Origin: Terriglobia bacterium
Lineage (GTDB): Bacteria > Acidobacteriota > Terriglobia > 20CM-2-55-15
DNA: 64,000 nucleotides
Direction of reading: 5' to 3'
Assembly: GCA_965198225.1 (NCBI GenBank)
Contig: CBDAOY010000007.1
Coordinates: forward strand, 288,001-352,000
Positions 29,776 through 39,494 of the stretch are shown piece by piece. The notes beneath the pieces are model-generated. The model was not told the origin of the DNA. It worked only from the letters and a program-made list of their open reading frames with translations, and did no database searches. The position numbers and the translations under genes were made by a program. Every line of letters begins with the position of its first letter. Positions within the stretch are counted from its first letter, which is position 1.

Positions 29776-31569
29776 TCAACCATCCAGGCTCGGCTCTCGC
29801 AGGTGGAAACCGGCTGCGTCCTGGTAGGCCTTTGCCAGCGCCAGTAGTTCGTGCTCCCGGAAAGGCCGGGCGAAGAACGTCACGTTCGTCGGCGTGCCGC
29901 CTTCGGTGAAACCGTTCGGGACGTTGATGGCGGGATAACAGGCCAGGTTCGCCATGCTCGAATGCCGGCGTGCAGGCGTCTGAGGCCTGGGCGGGGCGCC
30001 ACCTCTGCCGCCGCGGCCGCCACCCCTTGCTCCTGCCGGTGCCGTCCCTCCGCGCCCGCCTCGACCACCGCGACCCCCGCCGCGACGTGGGCTCGCCCCC
30101 ACGACATACACGTCGATGCCCTCGGTGGCCTTGGCCAGTTCGGTCATTGTCATCATTCGCGAGCGTTGGGATTGAAGGTATTCCACGGCGGGGATCAGCC
30201 GGCTCGAGTGCCGGGCGCCACGGCGGGCTTTCTCCATCTGTCCGGTCCGGGACTTCTCGTCGAAGAACACCGTGGACTCCACTCCGATCGCACCCTGGTT
30301 GGTGGGGACATCGGGCACGGCCATCGGAATGAAGTCGGAAACTCCGACCGACCGCAGCGTCTCGAGCGTTGCTTCAGCGTTCCGCTTGACGACCGGATCC
30401 GGGATTTCATCGAAGGATTCTTTGATGTAGCCCACACGCAGCGTCCTGATGTCGAGCGTCGCATCCCAGTTGAATGGGAGGTCCGACACGCTCATATCCC
30501 GTCCGTCGGGTTTCGCGATCGCCTGCATCACGATGGCGCAATCCTCGGCATAGCGGCACATCGGCCCGAGGCGATCCTGGGTCCAGGAAAGCGCCATAAC
30601 GCCGTACCGGCTGATACGTCCGAATGTCGGGCGAAGGCCGGCCAGTCCGCATCGCGCCGAAGGACTCAAGATCGATCCGCTGGTTTCCGAGCCAATAGCG
30701 AACCCGACGCACCCCCCTGCCGTCGCTGAACCCGGTCCCGCAGAAGAGCCACTCGATCCCTGCTCCGGATCCCACGGGTTCTTGGTCTGACCGCCGAACC
30801 AGTTGTCGCCGGAGGCCAGTTCGCCGGTCGCCAGTTTTGCGATCAGTACCGCCCCGGCGTCGCGCAGCATCTCGACGACGCTGGCGTCGTAGTCGAACAC
30901 CTGGTCACGGAATGCTTCGGAACCCCAGGTCGTGGTGAACCCTTCGACCGAGATGATGTCCTTGGCGCCCCACGGGATGCCGTGTAGCGGGCCCTTGTAG
31001 TGACCGGCTGCGATCTCGCTGTCGGCCTGTCGGGCCTGTTCCAGGCCCACCTCATCGAGAAAAGTGACCACGAAGTTCAGCGTTGGCTGGTAACGATGGA
31101 GCCGATCCAGGTACATCCGCGTCAGCTCCAGCGAAGTAACCTGTCGTGTGCGGATCAACTCCGCCAGGTTCCGGACCGGCCAGAAGGCGACGCTTTCCAG
31201 GTTTGCCGGACGCCTTACTGCGGGCGGATCACTGAGACGGAACGGACGTCGGGTCCTGTCGACTTCGATACCCGGGACGATCGAGCTGAAGTGGAAGGGA
31301 GGGGACACATCGTTGGGGATGTGAACTTCCCGTCGTTCCTCGTAGTTCTCCAGGTTGTTGTTGGCGGTATCCACCAGGTCGTCGAGCTGTTCTTCGCTCA
31401 ACTCGATCCCGGAGAGTTTCATGGCGTCCGACACCATGTCCAGCGTGATGCGCTGCTCTCCATTGTCCTGCATGCGCGCCCAAATGATGCCGGGCACGAG
31501 CGTCGATCCCAGGCCGATGGCGGCGAAGTGCGCCATGAATCGTCGTCGAGCTTCAATGAAGTTGGCCAT
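29776..31569 (-). CDS. Amidase signature family enzyme, Tat-like signal
   Basis: GPLHGIPWGAKD, GSSGSSAG and GSETSGSILSP motifs; ARRRFM leader. Confidence 0.9.
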   Translation of the reverse strand: MANFIEARRRFMAHFAAIGLGSTLVPGIIWARMQDNGEQRITLDMVSDAMKLSGIELSEEQLDDLVDTANNNLENYEERREVHIPNDVSPPFHFSSIVPGIEVDRTRRPFRLSDPPAVRRPANLESVAFWPVRNLAELIRTRQVTSLELTRMYLDRLHRYQPTLNFVVTFLDEVGLEQARQADSEIAAGHYKGPLHGIPWGAKDIISVEGFTTTWGSEAFRDQVFDYDASVVEMLRDAGAVLIAKLATGELASGDNWFGGQTKNPWDPEQGSSGSSAGPGSATAGGCVGFAIGSETSGSILSPSARCGLAGLRPTFGRISRYGVMALSWTQDRLGPMCRYAEDCAIVMQAIAKPDGRDMSVSDLPFNWDATLDIRTLRVGYIKESFDEIPDPVVKRNAEATLETLRSVGVSDFIPMAVPDVPTNQGAIGVESTVFFDEKSRTGQMEKARRGARHSSRLIPAVEYLQSQRSRMMTMTELAKATEGIDVYVVGASPRRGGGRGGRGGRGGTAPAGARGGGRGGRGGAPPRPQTPARRHSSMANLACYPAINVPNGFTEGGTPTNVTFFARPFREHELLALAKAYQDAAGFHLREPSLDG

Positions 31570-31625
31570 TGCTGATCCTCCTCCGATCATAGAAGACCTA
31601 TCCAACCGTCCCAACGTTACCCGCC

Positions 31626-32075
31626 TTACGGCCCGAAAGAGTCGATCTTGATCCGTCTCAGGATTCGTGGCCGGGACGCCAGTTCCGACTCTCCGGCAGG
31701 GAAGCGGTTCTCGCCGAGAATCAGGCTCAGGATATCGGAGATCTGCTGTCGCGAGAGTGATCTCGGTTTATCGGGAGGCATCGTCGTGCGGATTCGATCG
31801 GACAGCTCCCCGAGAGTCAGCCCGTTCCAGTCCGACAGAAACGCACCTCCGGTCAGCGCGGGAGCTTCCTCGCCGCCTTCCAGCTCGTATCCATGGCAGA
31901 AAGAGCATTCCTCATCGAAGGTGGCCCGGCCCCGTTCTAACTGTTCCTGGGTATAGACCCCGTCCCGCACCGACCGCGTTTCGTCCGTCTGCTGAGCCTC
32001 GAGCTCCGCGAGCTGGGCGCCGCCTAGGGCTGACACCGTCAATATCGCCGCGATTAGATTGATTCTCATTTTCAT
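31626..32075 (-). CDS. Monoheme cytochrome c
   Basis: Signal peptide, GVYTQEQ, CSFCH, axial Met in TMPP. Confidence 0.85.
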   Translation of the reverse strand: MKMRINLIAAILTVSALGGAQLAELEAQQTDETRSVRDGVYTQEQLERGRATFDEECSFCHGYELEGGEEAPALTGGAFLSDWNGLTLGELSDRIRTTMPPDKPRSLSRQQISDILSLILGENRFPAGESELASRPRILRRIKIDSFGP

Positions 32076-32239
32076 CTCATCCTCTTCCCCTGCGACGGCG
32101 CGATTATAGCGCAAGTGGCCCGGAGCGCCCGGGCTCAACCCTGATTTCATTGACTCGCAAGGTTCCTGGTTGATACTTAGAAAGGCTGGGCAACACGCCT
32201 GCCGCTGAAAGGAGGTTGGACGTGCGTGGGATTTGGAAA

Positions 32240-32689
32240 ATGACCCTCTGTTGCACGCTCCTGCTTTCGCTATCGGCGTGCATCGATCCAGAGGTGGAAC
32301 GGAGAATTCGGAATATACGCATCGCGACACGGATTCAGAACGTCACGGTTAGAGGCACCGTCGTTTCGGAAACCGAGCAACCTCTGCCGCGTGTCACCGT
32401 CACTGCAATCAACCTCTTTACCCGTTTGAAGACATCCGCTACGAGCGGGGAGCACGGATACTATTCCATCAGCGGGCTCCGTTCCGGGGAATACTACATC
32501 CATGCCGAGTTGGAGAACTACGGGAGCACCTGCGTCACGGTCGACCATTCCTGGGACCCGCCGGTTCTGGGGGATTCCGGGCGAGGCATTCTTCTCGACC
32601 GCAACCGCACGGTGAAGATCAAACTGAAGCTTCGAGACTGGTCGGGAGCCATTACCTGCGAGCTCGACAACGGGGACGCCCGTAGGTGA
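32240..32689 (+). CDS. Carboxypeptidase-regulatory-like domain lipoprotein
   Basis: LSAC lipobox; GTVV...PLPRVTVT...GYYSISGL..GEY pattern. Confidence 0.6.
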   Translation: MTLCCTLLLSLSACIDPEVERRIRNIRIATRIQNVTVRGTVVSETEQPLPRVTVTAINLFTRLKTSATSGEHGYYSISGLRSGEYYIHAELENYGSTCVTVDHSWDPPVLGDSGRGILLDRNRTVKIKLKLRDWSGAITCELDNGDARR

Positions 32690-32798
32690 AGGTGTTCAGT
32701 CCTGCCTTAAGCCTGGCTGAGCTGACCATTGTGCGCGGACGCCGCTGACGCCCGGGCCGTCTGGCATTGACAGCGACAACCGCAGTGGAGGAAAAACT

Positions 32799-33335
32799 AT
32801 GGGCTTGCGGCGCTACACTGTATCCACGCGCTCAAACCGGGCGCCTGCTCTCCTGATCACCCTGCTGGCACTGCTCTCCACACCGCGTGCTTCGGCGCAA
32901 GAAGTCCGACTGATCGATCAATTCATCGGGACGTGGGAAGGGCAGGGGAAACTGTTTGGAGCTGACGCAGCGTTCAGCATGGAGTGGGACTGGGTACTCG
33001 AGCAACAATTCGTGCGTTTGATCTTCCAGAACAAGATGAAAACTCCCGCTGGCGAGGAACGCATTCTCAGGGCGCGGGCTTTCTACCGACCAATAGGAGC
33101 AGGAAGGTTCGAAGGGACCTGGTTTGATTCTCGAGGCATGGTGCTACCGCTGCAAGGCACCGCCGGGGAGAACTCGTTGACCACTCTTTGGGGAACGCCC
33201 GAAACCGAGCAAGGTCGAACGGTGTACCGTTTGCTGGACGAGAGCCATCTCGAGGTGGAAGATTCTGTCTTGCAGGACGGCCAATGGCATCAGTTTGGTC
33301 ATGCGCTCTACGAGCGTCTGGCGAGAAGCCCCTAG
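32799..33335 (+). CDS. Secreted beta-barrel hypothetical protein (DUF1579-like)
   Basis: FIGTWEGQG and WFDSRG motifs; signal peptide; GGAGG RBS. Confidence 0.6.
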   Translation: MGLRRYTVSTRSNRAPALLITLLALLSTPRASAQEVRLIDQFIGTWEGQGKLFGADAAFSMEWDWVLEQQFVRLIFQNKMKTPAGEERILRARAFYRPIGAGRFEGTWFDSRGMVLPLQGTAGENSLTTLWGTPETEQGRTVYRLLDESHLEVEDSVLQDGQWHQFGHALYERLARSP

Positions 33336-33426
33336 GAGGTTATGTCTTATGCGATCCATGACCATCCTTGTCCAAAACAGCCTTTCGAGGAGAGGGAGTT
33401 TTGGAGTGGCGGATCTCCTGAGGAGG

Positions 33427-33494
33427 TGTAGGTGCGGTCTATGACCGCACATTCTTCAAGCCGAAACGATGTGGGCTCATAGAGCGCACCTACA
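33427..33494. repeat. Inverted pair of GTAG-type REPs
   Basis: TGTAGGTGCGGTCTATGACCGCACA ... TGTGGGCTCATAGAGCGCACCTACA between convergent genes. Confidence 0.85.
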
Positions 33495-33495
33495 G

Positions 33496-35925
33496 TTAGC
33501 GGACCTCCGCGTCCATCTCTGACGTCGTGCTCACGGCCCGCATCTGGAAGGGCGGACTGCTGACGATACCCCTGATGAAAGACGAAAAACGATTGCCGTT
33601 GCCAGCCGCCGCCCGCTGAATCGAACGCACCGTCGGCATGTCCCGATTATCCACCACCCGCCCCAGGCTGTAGGACAGTAGATTCTCCGTCAAGCTTCTG
33701 ATGAATGCATCTGAGCGCTCCAGGATGGCATGGCGAAGACTCGCCGGGCCGTCCAGCTTCGTGCCGTCATACATCTCTCCGGTCGGGTCGATGACGAAAC
33801 CACCGTCGGTGCGGCGCCACTCGCCGACCGCGTCGAAGTTTTCCAGCGCCATCCCGATCGGGTCGATGACGCGGTGGCAGGCGTTGCACACGGGGTTCTC
33901 CCGGTGCTGTTCCATCCGCTCTCGGACCGAAAGCACTCTTTGGTTGTCGACCGCTTCGTCCAGAGCGGGCACGGCCGGCGGAGGAATCGGCGCGGGGGTG
34001 CCGACCAGGACCTCGATGACGTACTTGCCCCTTGAAACCGGCGATGTCCTGTTGGCGAGCGACGTCATCGTCAGGATGCCGGCCTTGCCGATGAGCCCGA
34101 ACCGGTTCGGATCCCTCAGCGTCACGCGCCTGAAACGCGGTCCCACGACATTCGGGATCCCGTAGTGACGGGCGAGGTTCCCGTCGACGAAGGTGTAGTC
34201 GGCCGTGAGCAGTTCCAGCACGTCCCGGTCCTCGCGCATGATGTGGTCGAAGAGGAGTTCCACCTCGCGACGCATGGATTCGGCAAGGTTCGACGTAAAG
34301 TTTGGAAACAGGCTCGCCTCGGGGAACACCTGCTTGAGTCCGGCCAGGCGCAGCCATTGGCCCGCAAAGTTCCGTGACAGCTGCCCGGACCGCGGATCCG
34401 CGAGCATCCGGGTGACCTGGCTCTCGAGAATTCCTAGCTCCCGAAGCCTGCCCTCACCGGCCAGTCGGACCAGTTCGTCGTCCGGGATCGAGCTCCAGAG
34501 GAAATAGGCGAGTCTTGACGCCAACTCCAGGTCGCTGATCCGGTACACCGTCCCGGGCGAGGCGGAGCCCGGTTCCTGCTCGAACCGGAAGATGAATTCC
34601 GGTTTCGCCAGGATCGCCTGTATCGCCGCCTGGATACCCGATTCGAAGCCTCTCTCGCTTGCGCCCTGCTCGTAGTACTCCAGGAGACTTTCCAGGTCTT
34701 CGGGTGTTACCGGTCTGCGGAAGGCTTTGCCGGCCAGCTCCGAAATGATCTGGATCGCACACGCTTCCTCTTCGTCCGCCTGTGCGGGCCGACACGTAAA
34801 TATCTTGCGGCGGCTTGCACTCTCCGAGATTCCGGTCGGATTGAAGGGGCCGGTCACCGCAAAGCTTTGCAGGTGCGGTAAGCCGGTCAGCTCGGGTGCC
34901 GTCGTGATGGTGATATCGGCCAGCGTCTGCTCGACGAGTCGATAGTGATCCTGCACCGGTCCGTCGAACTTCGAAACGAATGCAGCGGCAAGACGGCGCT
35001 GTCCGCCGGCGATCTTGACGCGTTCGGTGACGTAGTTCGCCTGTTCTTCCTTTACCGTCGGGTCGACCTCGATGACGGCGACTCGCTCCCCGTCGACCGA
35101 GATCTCGACCTGCTGGCCCTGCAGCTCCTCGGGCAGCTGCCAACCCATGAGTTCGCCCGGGTAGTCGTAGTAGAAGACCACCTTGAAGGAGTACTCGCCG
35201 TCGGCGGGGAACGTGTGCATGACAGAGGTGCCGCCGCGTGTCCCGAACGGAGTTCCGGGGACGTGACGCATCTGGTTCGCCAGCCTCGAGATCTTGTACA
35301 GCGTCATCCCGGCGCTCGCTTCGGGGTCGCCGACCGCATCCCGGCTGATCTTCTCGGCCGCCCGGACGTAGGCGCCCATCAACGCCGGAGAGACCGTCAG
35401 GGCCTCCGACATGTTGTCGAATCCATTCGTCGTGGGATCCGGCGGCAGCAGCTCGGTAACGTCCATGTCCATGTCCAGCAGCTCTCGCACCGAGTTCCGG
35501 TACTCCGTCCGATTCACGCGATGCAGTTCCGGGGCGCTGACATGAGGCTCACCCGCCGCCGCGGCCTCATCGATCCGCGCCTCAAGTGCAGATGCGAACG
35601 CATTCAAAGTGACGGTGTCGGGCCTTGGCAGACCGACCGGCGGCATCATGCCGGAACGAACCTTGCGGATGAGCCGTTCCGCTTGCGCGGCGTTCTGTTC
35701 GGGATGGGCCAGGTCCAATTCCGAAAAAGAAAATCCGCCCTCGAGAAGAGCGTCGTTGTGGCAGGTCGTGCAGTAGTCGCCCACCACTTCACGCTGCGAT
35801 TCAAGGGTCATCGCACCGCCGGCCTGCTGGCCGGCGGCCATGGGCACGCCGAGGTCAGCGGGCCCGATAGGTACGATCGTGCCTATGAGTATCAGGAGAC
35901 TGTAAATTGGGCGGGGCTTCATCAA
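33496..35925 (-). CDS. Second DUF1592-family cytochrome c protein
   Basis: CTTCH and CNACH motifs; colinear with 6043-8412. Confidence 0.88.
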   Translation of the reverse strand: MMKPRPIYSLLILIGTIVPIGPADLGVPMAAGQQAGGAMTLESQREVVGDYCTTCHNDALLEGGFSFSELDLAHPEQNAAQAERLIRKVRSGMMPPVGLPRPDTVTLNAFASALEARIDEAAAAGEPHVSAPELHRVNRTEYRNSVRELLDMDMDVTELLPPDPTTNGFDNMSEALTVSPALMGAYVRAAEKISRDAVGDPEASAGMTLYKISRLANQMRHVPGTPFGTRGGTSVMHTFPADGEYSFKVVFYYDYPGELMGWQLPEELQGQQVEISVDGERVAVIEVDPTVKEEQANYVTERVKIAGGQRRLAAAFVSKFDGPVQDHYRLVEQTLADITITTAPELTGLPHLQSFAVTGPFNPTGISESASRRKIFTCRPAQADEEEACAIQIISELAGKAFRRPVTPEDLESLLEYYEQGASERGFESGIQAAIQAILAKPEFIFRFEQEPGSASPGTVYRISDLELASRLAYFLWSSIPDDELVRLAGEGRLRELGILESQVTRMLADPRSGQLSRNFAGQWLRLAGLKQVFPEASLFPNFTSNLAESMRREVELLFDHIMREDRDVLELLTADYTFVDGNLARHYGIPNVVGPRFRRVTLRDPNRFGLIGKAGILTMTSLANRTSPVSRGKYVIEVLVGTPAPIPPPAVPALDEAVDNQRVLSVRERMEQHRENPVCNACHRVIDPIGMALENFDAVGEWRRTDGGFVIDPTGEMYDGTKLDGPASLRHAILERSDAFIRSLTENLLSYSLGRVVDNRDMPTVRSIQRAAAGNGNRFSSFIRGIVSSPPFQMRAVSTTSEMDAEVR

Positions 35926-36145
35926 CCATCCTCCACATCATCGAAGAATAAACGAATAAGTATTACGAAAGTTTGCGGGCTGAAGCCAGCATCGCTACTG
36001 GCACTATAGTCGGTCCGCCGGTGGAAGGTCAATCCATCATATCCTTTTGATTGAATGATTTACATTGCCACGCACCAAGGAATTCCGGGGACGGCGGCCG
36101 CGTCATTCACACATCTCGCTCCACAACCTGACTGCTCACCGTCCG

Positions 36146-37465
36146 TCAGGGAAGGGGGCCTCCGGTTCCATAGCCGATCCACTCCGACCGCGGCGCGACG
36201 TACCCCTCGGCGGTTACGGTCCGATGATAGGCGAGCCGGCCATTGCTCATGACGAACATGGGATCCGAGAGGACGTGGATCTCTTCCAGTGGATTTCGGT
36301 CGTAGGCGACGAAGTCCGCCTCGAGCCCGACTTCGATGGCTCCCGTCTCTTCGCTGAGGCCGTAGACGGATGCCGAAACGATGGTGGCCGATTGGATCGC
36401 CTCCAACGGGGACATGCCCGCATATTCGACGAAGTTAATGATCTCTCCCGACACCCGTACGCTGCTCTCCGGACCGTACTGAGTGTCGGTAGACGGGATC
36501 AGCCCGACTCCCAGTTCGTGCGCGACGCGAAGCATTCTCTGCATGTTGTGCAGCACCCAGGGAGCGCGCATTCGCGAAGCCGAGCTGTTGTAGTCGTCGT
36601 GGGGAAACATGTAGCCCTCGACCGACGTGAACGTGGGGCTCCAGACGGTGCCGTGTTCCTCCATGAGCCGGAGGTTCGCCTCGGTTATGTAGAAGCCGTG
36701 CTCGATCGTACGACATCCACCGCGAATCGCGTTGTTGATGACCCGCTCGCCGTGTGCGTGGCAGGCCACCGGAATTCCGTGAGAAGACGCTTCATCCACC
36801 AGAGCTGTTATCTCCTCCAGCGTGTACACCTCCGTCTTGGGATCCCACCCGCCTGGCGAGGACGCCGTTCCCCCGGTCCGCGTCTTGATCCAGTCCACAC
36901 CCAGCTCGGCGTTGACGCGGACGACCTCTCGAATGGCGTCTTCGCCCTTCACGATGACGTTGACGTACTTGAAAAGGCGGGGATCCGAGAGTGCGGAGGC
37001 GCCCGGAAAACGGTTCACGTATACACCGGCTGCCAGGATCTCCGGCCCGGCGAGGTAACCGGCTTCCACCGCATCGCGCATCGCGGAGTCGATCCGTCCA
37101 TCCACGCCGGCGCTTTTCATAGTCGTGACACCGGACTCCAGCGCCCGCCGCATGTTGTCCAGCGTTTGACCGTGCCAGTGCCCGTCCATGAAGCCTGGAA
37201 GGAGAAACTTGCCTTCCATGTCGATGACCCGAGCCTCACCAGGCTGCGGCCCTGCGCCCAGCGATTCGATCTGTCCGTCGCGGACCACAACGACTGCATC
37301 GCGGAGAATGTCGCCCGTGCGCACGTCGATCACGTGTGTGTTGGTGAGCGCCCAGTAGGGCTGAGGGATGATGCCATCCGGGCCCGGGTCCTGCGCTCCA
37401 ACGGGGATGGAGACGAAGATGATCGTTGCTAACAGACCAAAGACGACTCGGTTGTACTGAAACAT
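36146..37465 (-). CDS. Secreted metal-dependent amidohydrolase
   Basis: PGFMDGHWH, VDWIK, HAHG, IEHG, STD and ADFV motifs. Confidence 0.88.
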   Translation of the reverse strand: MFQYNRVVFGLLATIIFVSIPVGAQDPGPDGIIPQPYWALTNTHVIDVRTGDILRDAVVVVRDGQIESLGAGPQPGEARVIDMEGKFLLPGFMDGHWHGQTLDNMRRALESGVTTMKSAGVDGRIDSAMRDAVEAGYLAGPEILAAGVYVNRFPGASALSDPRLFKYVNVIVKGEDAIREVVRVNAELGVDWIKTRTGGTASSPGGWDPKTEVYTLEEITALVDEASSHGIPVACHAHGERVINNAIRGGCRTIEHGFYITEANLRLMEEHGTVWSPTFTSVEGYMFPHDDYNSSASRMRAPWVLHNMQRMLRVAHELGVGLIPSTDTQYGPESSVRVSGEIINFVEYAGMSPLEAIQSATIVSASVYGLSEETGAIEVGLEADFVAYDRNPLEEIHVLSDPMFVMSNGRLAYHRTVTAEGYVAPRSEWIGYGTGGPLP

Positions 37466-37566
37466 CGTTTTCTCCTTTGGACCGGTGAGATCAGGCAATC
37501 AGAGGAATTGTCAAAGAGTTCACCGTCCTTATGCGTTGGGACGAATCCGGATCGTGGCGCACACTG

Positions 37567-38697
37567 TTACGGTCCCGAGGGCGCGATCGAATTCGCGGAA
37601 TGGAGGCGATTCATCACGACAGCGAAGAGGGCTCGGGTTCGATGATTCTGGTCGGGGTGATCCAGGAAATGATCCACTCCCGGCTCCAGCAACACGAGCG
37701 CGTTGGGGATGAGTTCGTCTGCTAAAAGAGTCAGACCGTCGCCGGGACCAGCGTCCCTCGTTGCCCGGTACAGGAATCGGCCTCGGTCGGAAACGTCGCC
37801 CGACAGGGGAACAGGAACGTAGCTGACGTACAAGATGTGATCCGGGAGCCGCATGCTGTCAAAGCGTGTACGCTGCCGCGCCGACTGCATGCTCAGGAGT
37901 CCGTCCATATCAAAACCGTCCAGGGCAAGCGTAACCCGCGCGATCGAGCAGAAGAGGGAGCCCACCGCCCAGTCTGCAACCGGCGAGCCACGTAAGACAC
38001 CTGCGATGCTCAGCCACGCCAGGACATGGGAAGATTCTTCAGAGGGCAGGATCCCAAGAGCCTGGGCCACTTCAGCGCTCGACTTGCTTGCGCTGACCAG
38101 AATGACTTGACGATGTCGCTTCGCGGCTGCTCGTATTTCCCTCGCAACGATCTCGGCGTTCTTTTCTACGGTCCCGTTTTCATCGGTTTCGACGAGCCGC
38201 GTGTCCACCCCCTCCGCCTCGAACAAACGACGTGGTTCCAGAAAATCACTCCCAGTTTCGGACCCGTTTTCGACGTAGAACCAGCCCGGCACAAAGAGCA
38301 CCAGGAGAGATGGTGGAGCCGAAGGCAGTGACAAGTGGCCGCGAGCTGCAGATCGCGCCGCCGCCGCATATTGCTCCTGAAAAAGTCGGTTCCGTTCCTG
38401 GGCTGCAACCGTTTCCATAAAGAGAAGCGCCGCGACGTCGGAAGAATAGCTGCGCCCGATTCCAGCGAGTTCTTCACGCGTGGGAACGGTTCCTTCCTGC
38501 AGGTGGATCTGTCGTTCGACAGCAAGTTGGTCCGGCAGCGCGGTGCCCGCGAGATACGCATGGGCGATATCGTGATCTACAGTCGTGTCGATCACGTGGC
38601 CGGCGATCCTGCCCTGCGCCCTCAGAGTGTCTCGCTGGCGGGCTCCCGCGAAAAGGAGCATTCCACTGAGACCAAGAAGCAGGATCCACCGCGTCAT
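37567..38697 (-). CDS. Secreted alpha/beta-hydrolase-like protein
   Basis: LFVPG, variant nucleophile elbow SASKS, GDGL and DHF; start overlaps the TetR stop. Confidence 0.6.
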   Translation of the reverse strand: MTRWILLLGLSGMLLFAGARQRDTLRAQGRIAGHVIDTTVDHDIAHAYLAGTALPDQLAVERQIHLQEGTVPTREELAGIGRSYSSDVAALLFMETVAAQERNRLFQEQYAAAARSAARGHLSLPSAPPSLLVLFVPGWFYVENGSETGSDFLEPRRLFEAEGVDTRLVETDENGTVEKNAEIVAREIRAAAKRHRQVILVSASKSSAEVAQALGILPSEESSHVLAWLSIAGVLRGSPVADWAVGSLFCSIARVTLALDGFDMDGLLSMQSARQRTRFDSMRLPDHILYVSYVPVPLSGDVSDRGRFLYRATRDAGPGDGLTLLADELIPNALVLLEPGVDHFLDHPDQNHRTRALFAVVMNRLHSANSIAPSGP

Positions 38698-39395
38698 GAC
38701 ACGCCTCCTGGAAGAAAACCGCGAAGAACCAGGTCGATCACCACTGGCTCAACCTGTTCTTCCTCGAGTTCCTGGGGAGAGGGATCCCAGTGTCGATGGA
38801 GTGCCCAGAAAACAATTGTTTCGAGAATCAGCCTCGCGGCGAGCGCAAGGTCAGGTAGCGGACGCAACCGACCCTCAGCGATTTCCTGCTGGAGATACCG
38901 TATCAGGAGCGCGTGTTGACCCCAGCGCCCGATTCCGAACCAGATCTCGGCGAGTTCGGGGCGATCCACCGCGCATCGATCGATCAATTTGATCCTGCGG
39001 CGATTCCTGTGGATGCGTTGATAGAGATCGTGGCAAACCCTCCCGAGATCCACGGTAGAAGAATCCCCACCGTCGGAAACGGCTTGGGCCAGCAGGAGCT
39101 GTGTGGATTCTTGAGTGATTCGTTCCGTGAGGTAGCGGGCAGTTGCCCGACGTTCCGGCGTCGCCAGGGGCAGCTCAGAAAGCCCCGGCAACGGTTCCAG
39201 CAAATCGCAGTATCGCAGGGCTGCGTCGAACAGTGCTTCCTTGCTTTGAACGTAACCGTAGATCGTCCCTTTTGCGACGCCGAGGCGTTTCGCGACGTGC
39301 TCCATCTGAGTTCCTCGATAGCCTTGCGCAATAAACACTTCGGTTGCGGCCGAGATCAGATTCCGAAACCGGTCTGCGGGGATCTTGCGGGCCAT
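38694..39395 (-). CDS. TetR/AcrR-family regulator
   Basis: GYRGTQMEHVAKRLGVAKGTIYGYVQSKEALF HTH. Confidence 0.9.
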   Translation of the reverse strand: MARKIPADRFRNLISAATEVFIAQGYRGTQMEHVAKRLGVAKGTIYGYVQSKEALFDAALRYCDLLEPLPGLSELPLATPERRATARYLTERITQESTQLLLAQAVSDGGDSSTVDLGRVCHDLYQRIHRNRRRIKLIDRCAVDRPELAEIWFGIGRWGQHALLIRYLQQEIAEGRLRPLPDLALAARLILETIVFWALHRHWDPSPQELEEEQVEPVVIDLVLRGFLPGGVS

Positions 39396-39410
39396 GATGT
39401 AAGAATATAA

Positions 39411-39433
39411 TAACTGACTAAGTCGGTCAATTA
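39411..39433. promoter_or_regulatory. Candidate TetR operator
   Basis: Imperfect palindrome TAACTGACTAAGTCGGTCAATTA just upstream of the tetR start. Confidence 0.55.
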
Positions 39434-39494
39434 ATTTAGCGACATGGTTTGCATTGCGAATCAAACCCCGATTGAGGGCAGGCGAGCGCCCGGA

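Noticed and set aside
11482-33494. GTAGGTGCG... repeats as a CRISPR array
   Set aside because: Dispersed, in both orientations, irregularly spaced, no cas genes; they fit REP elements.
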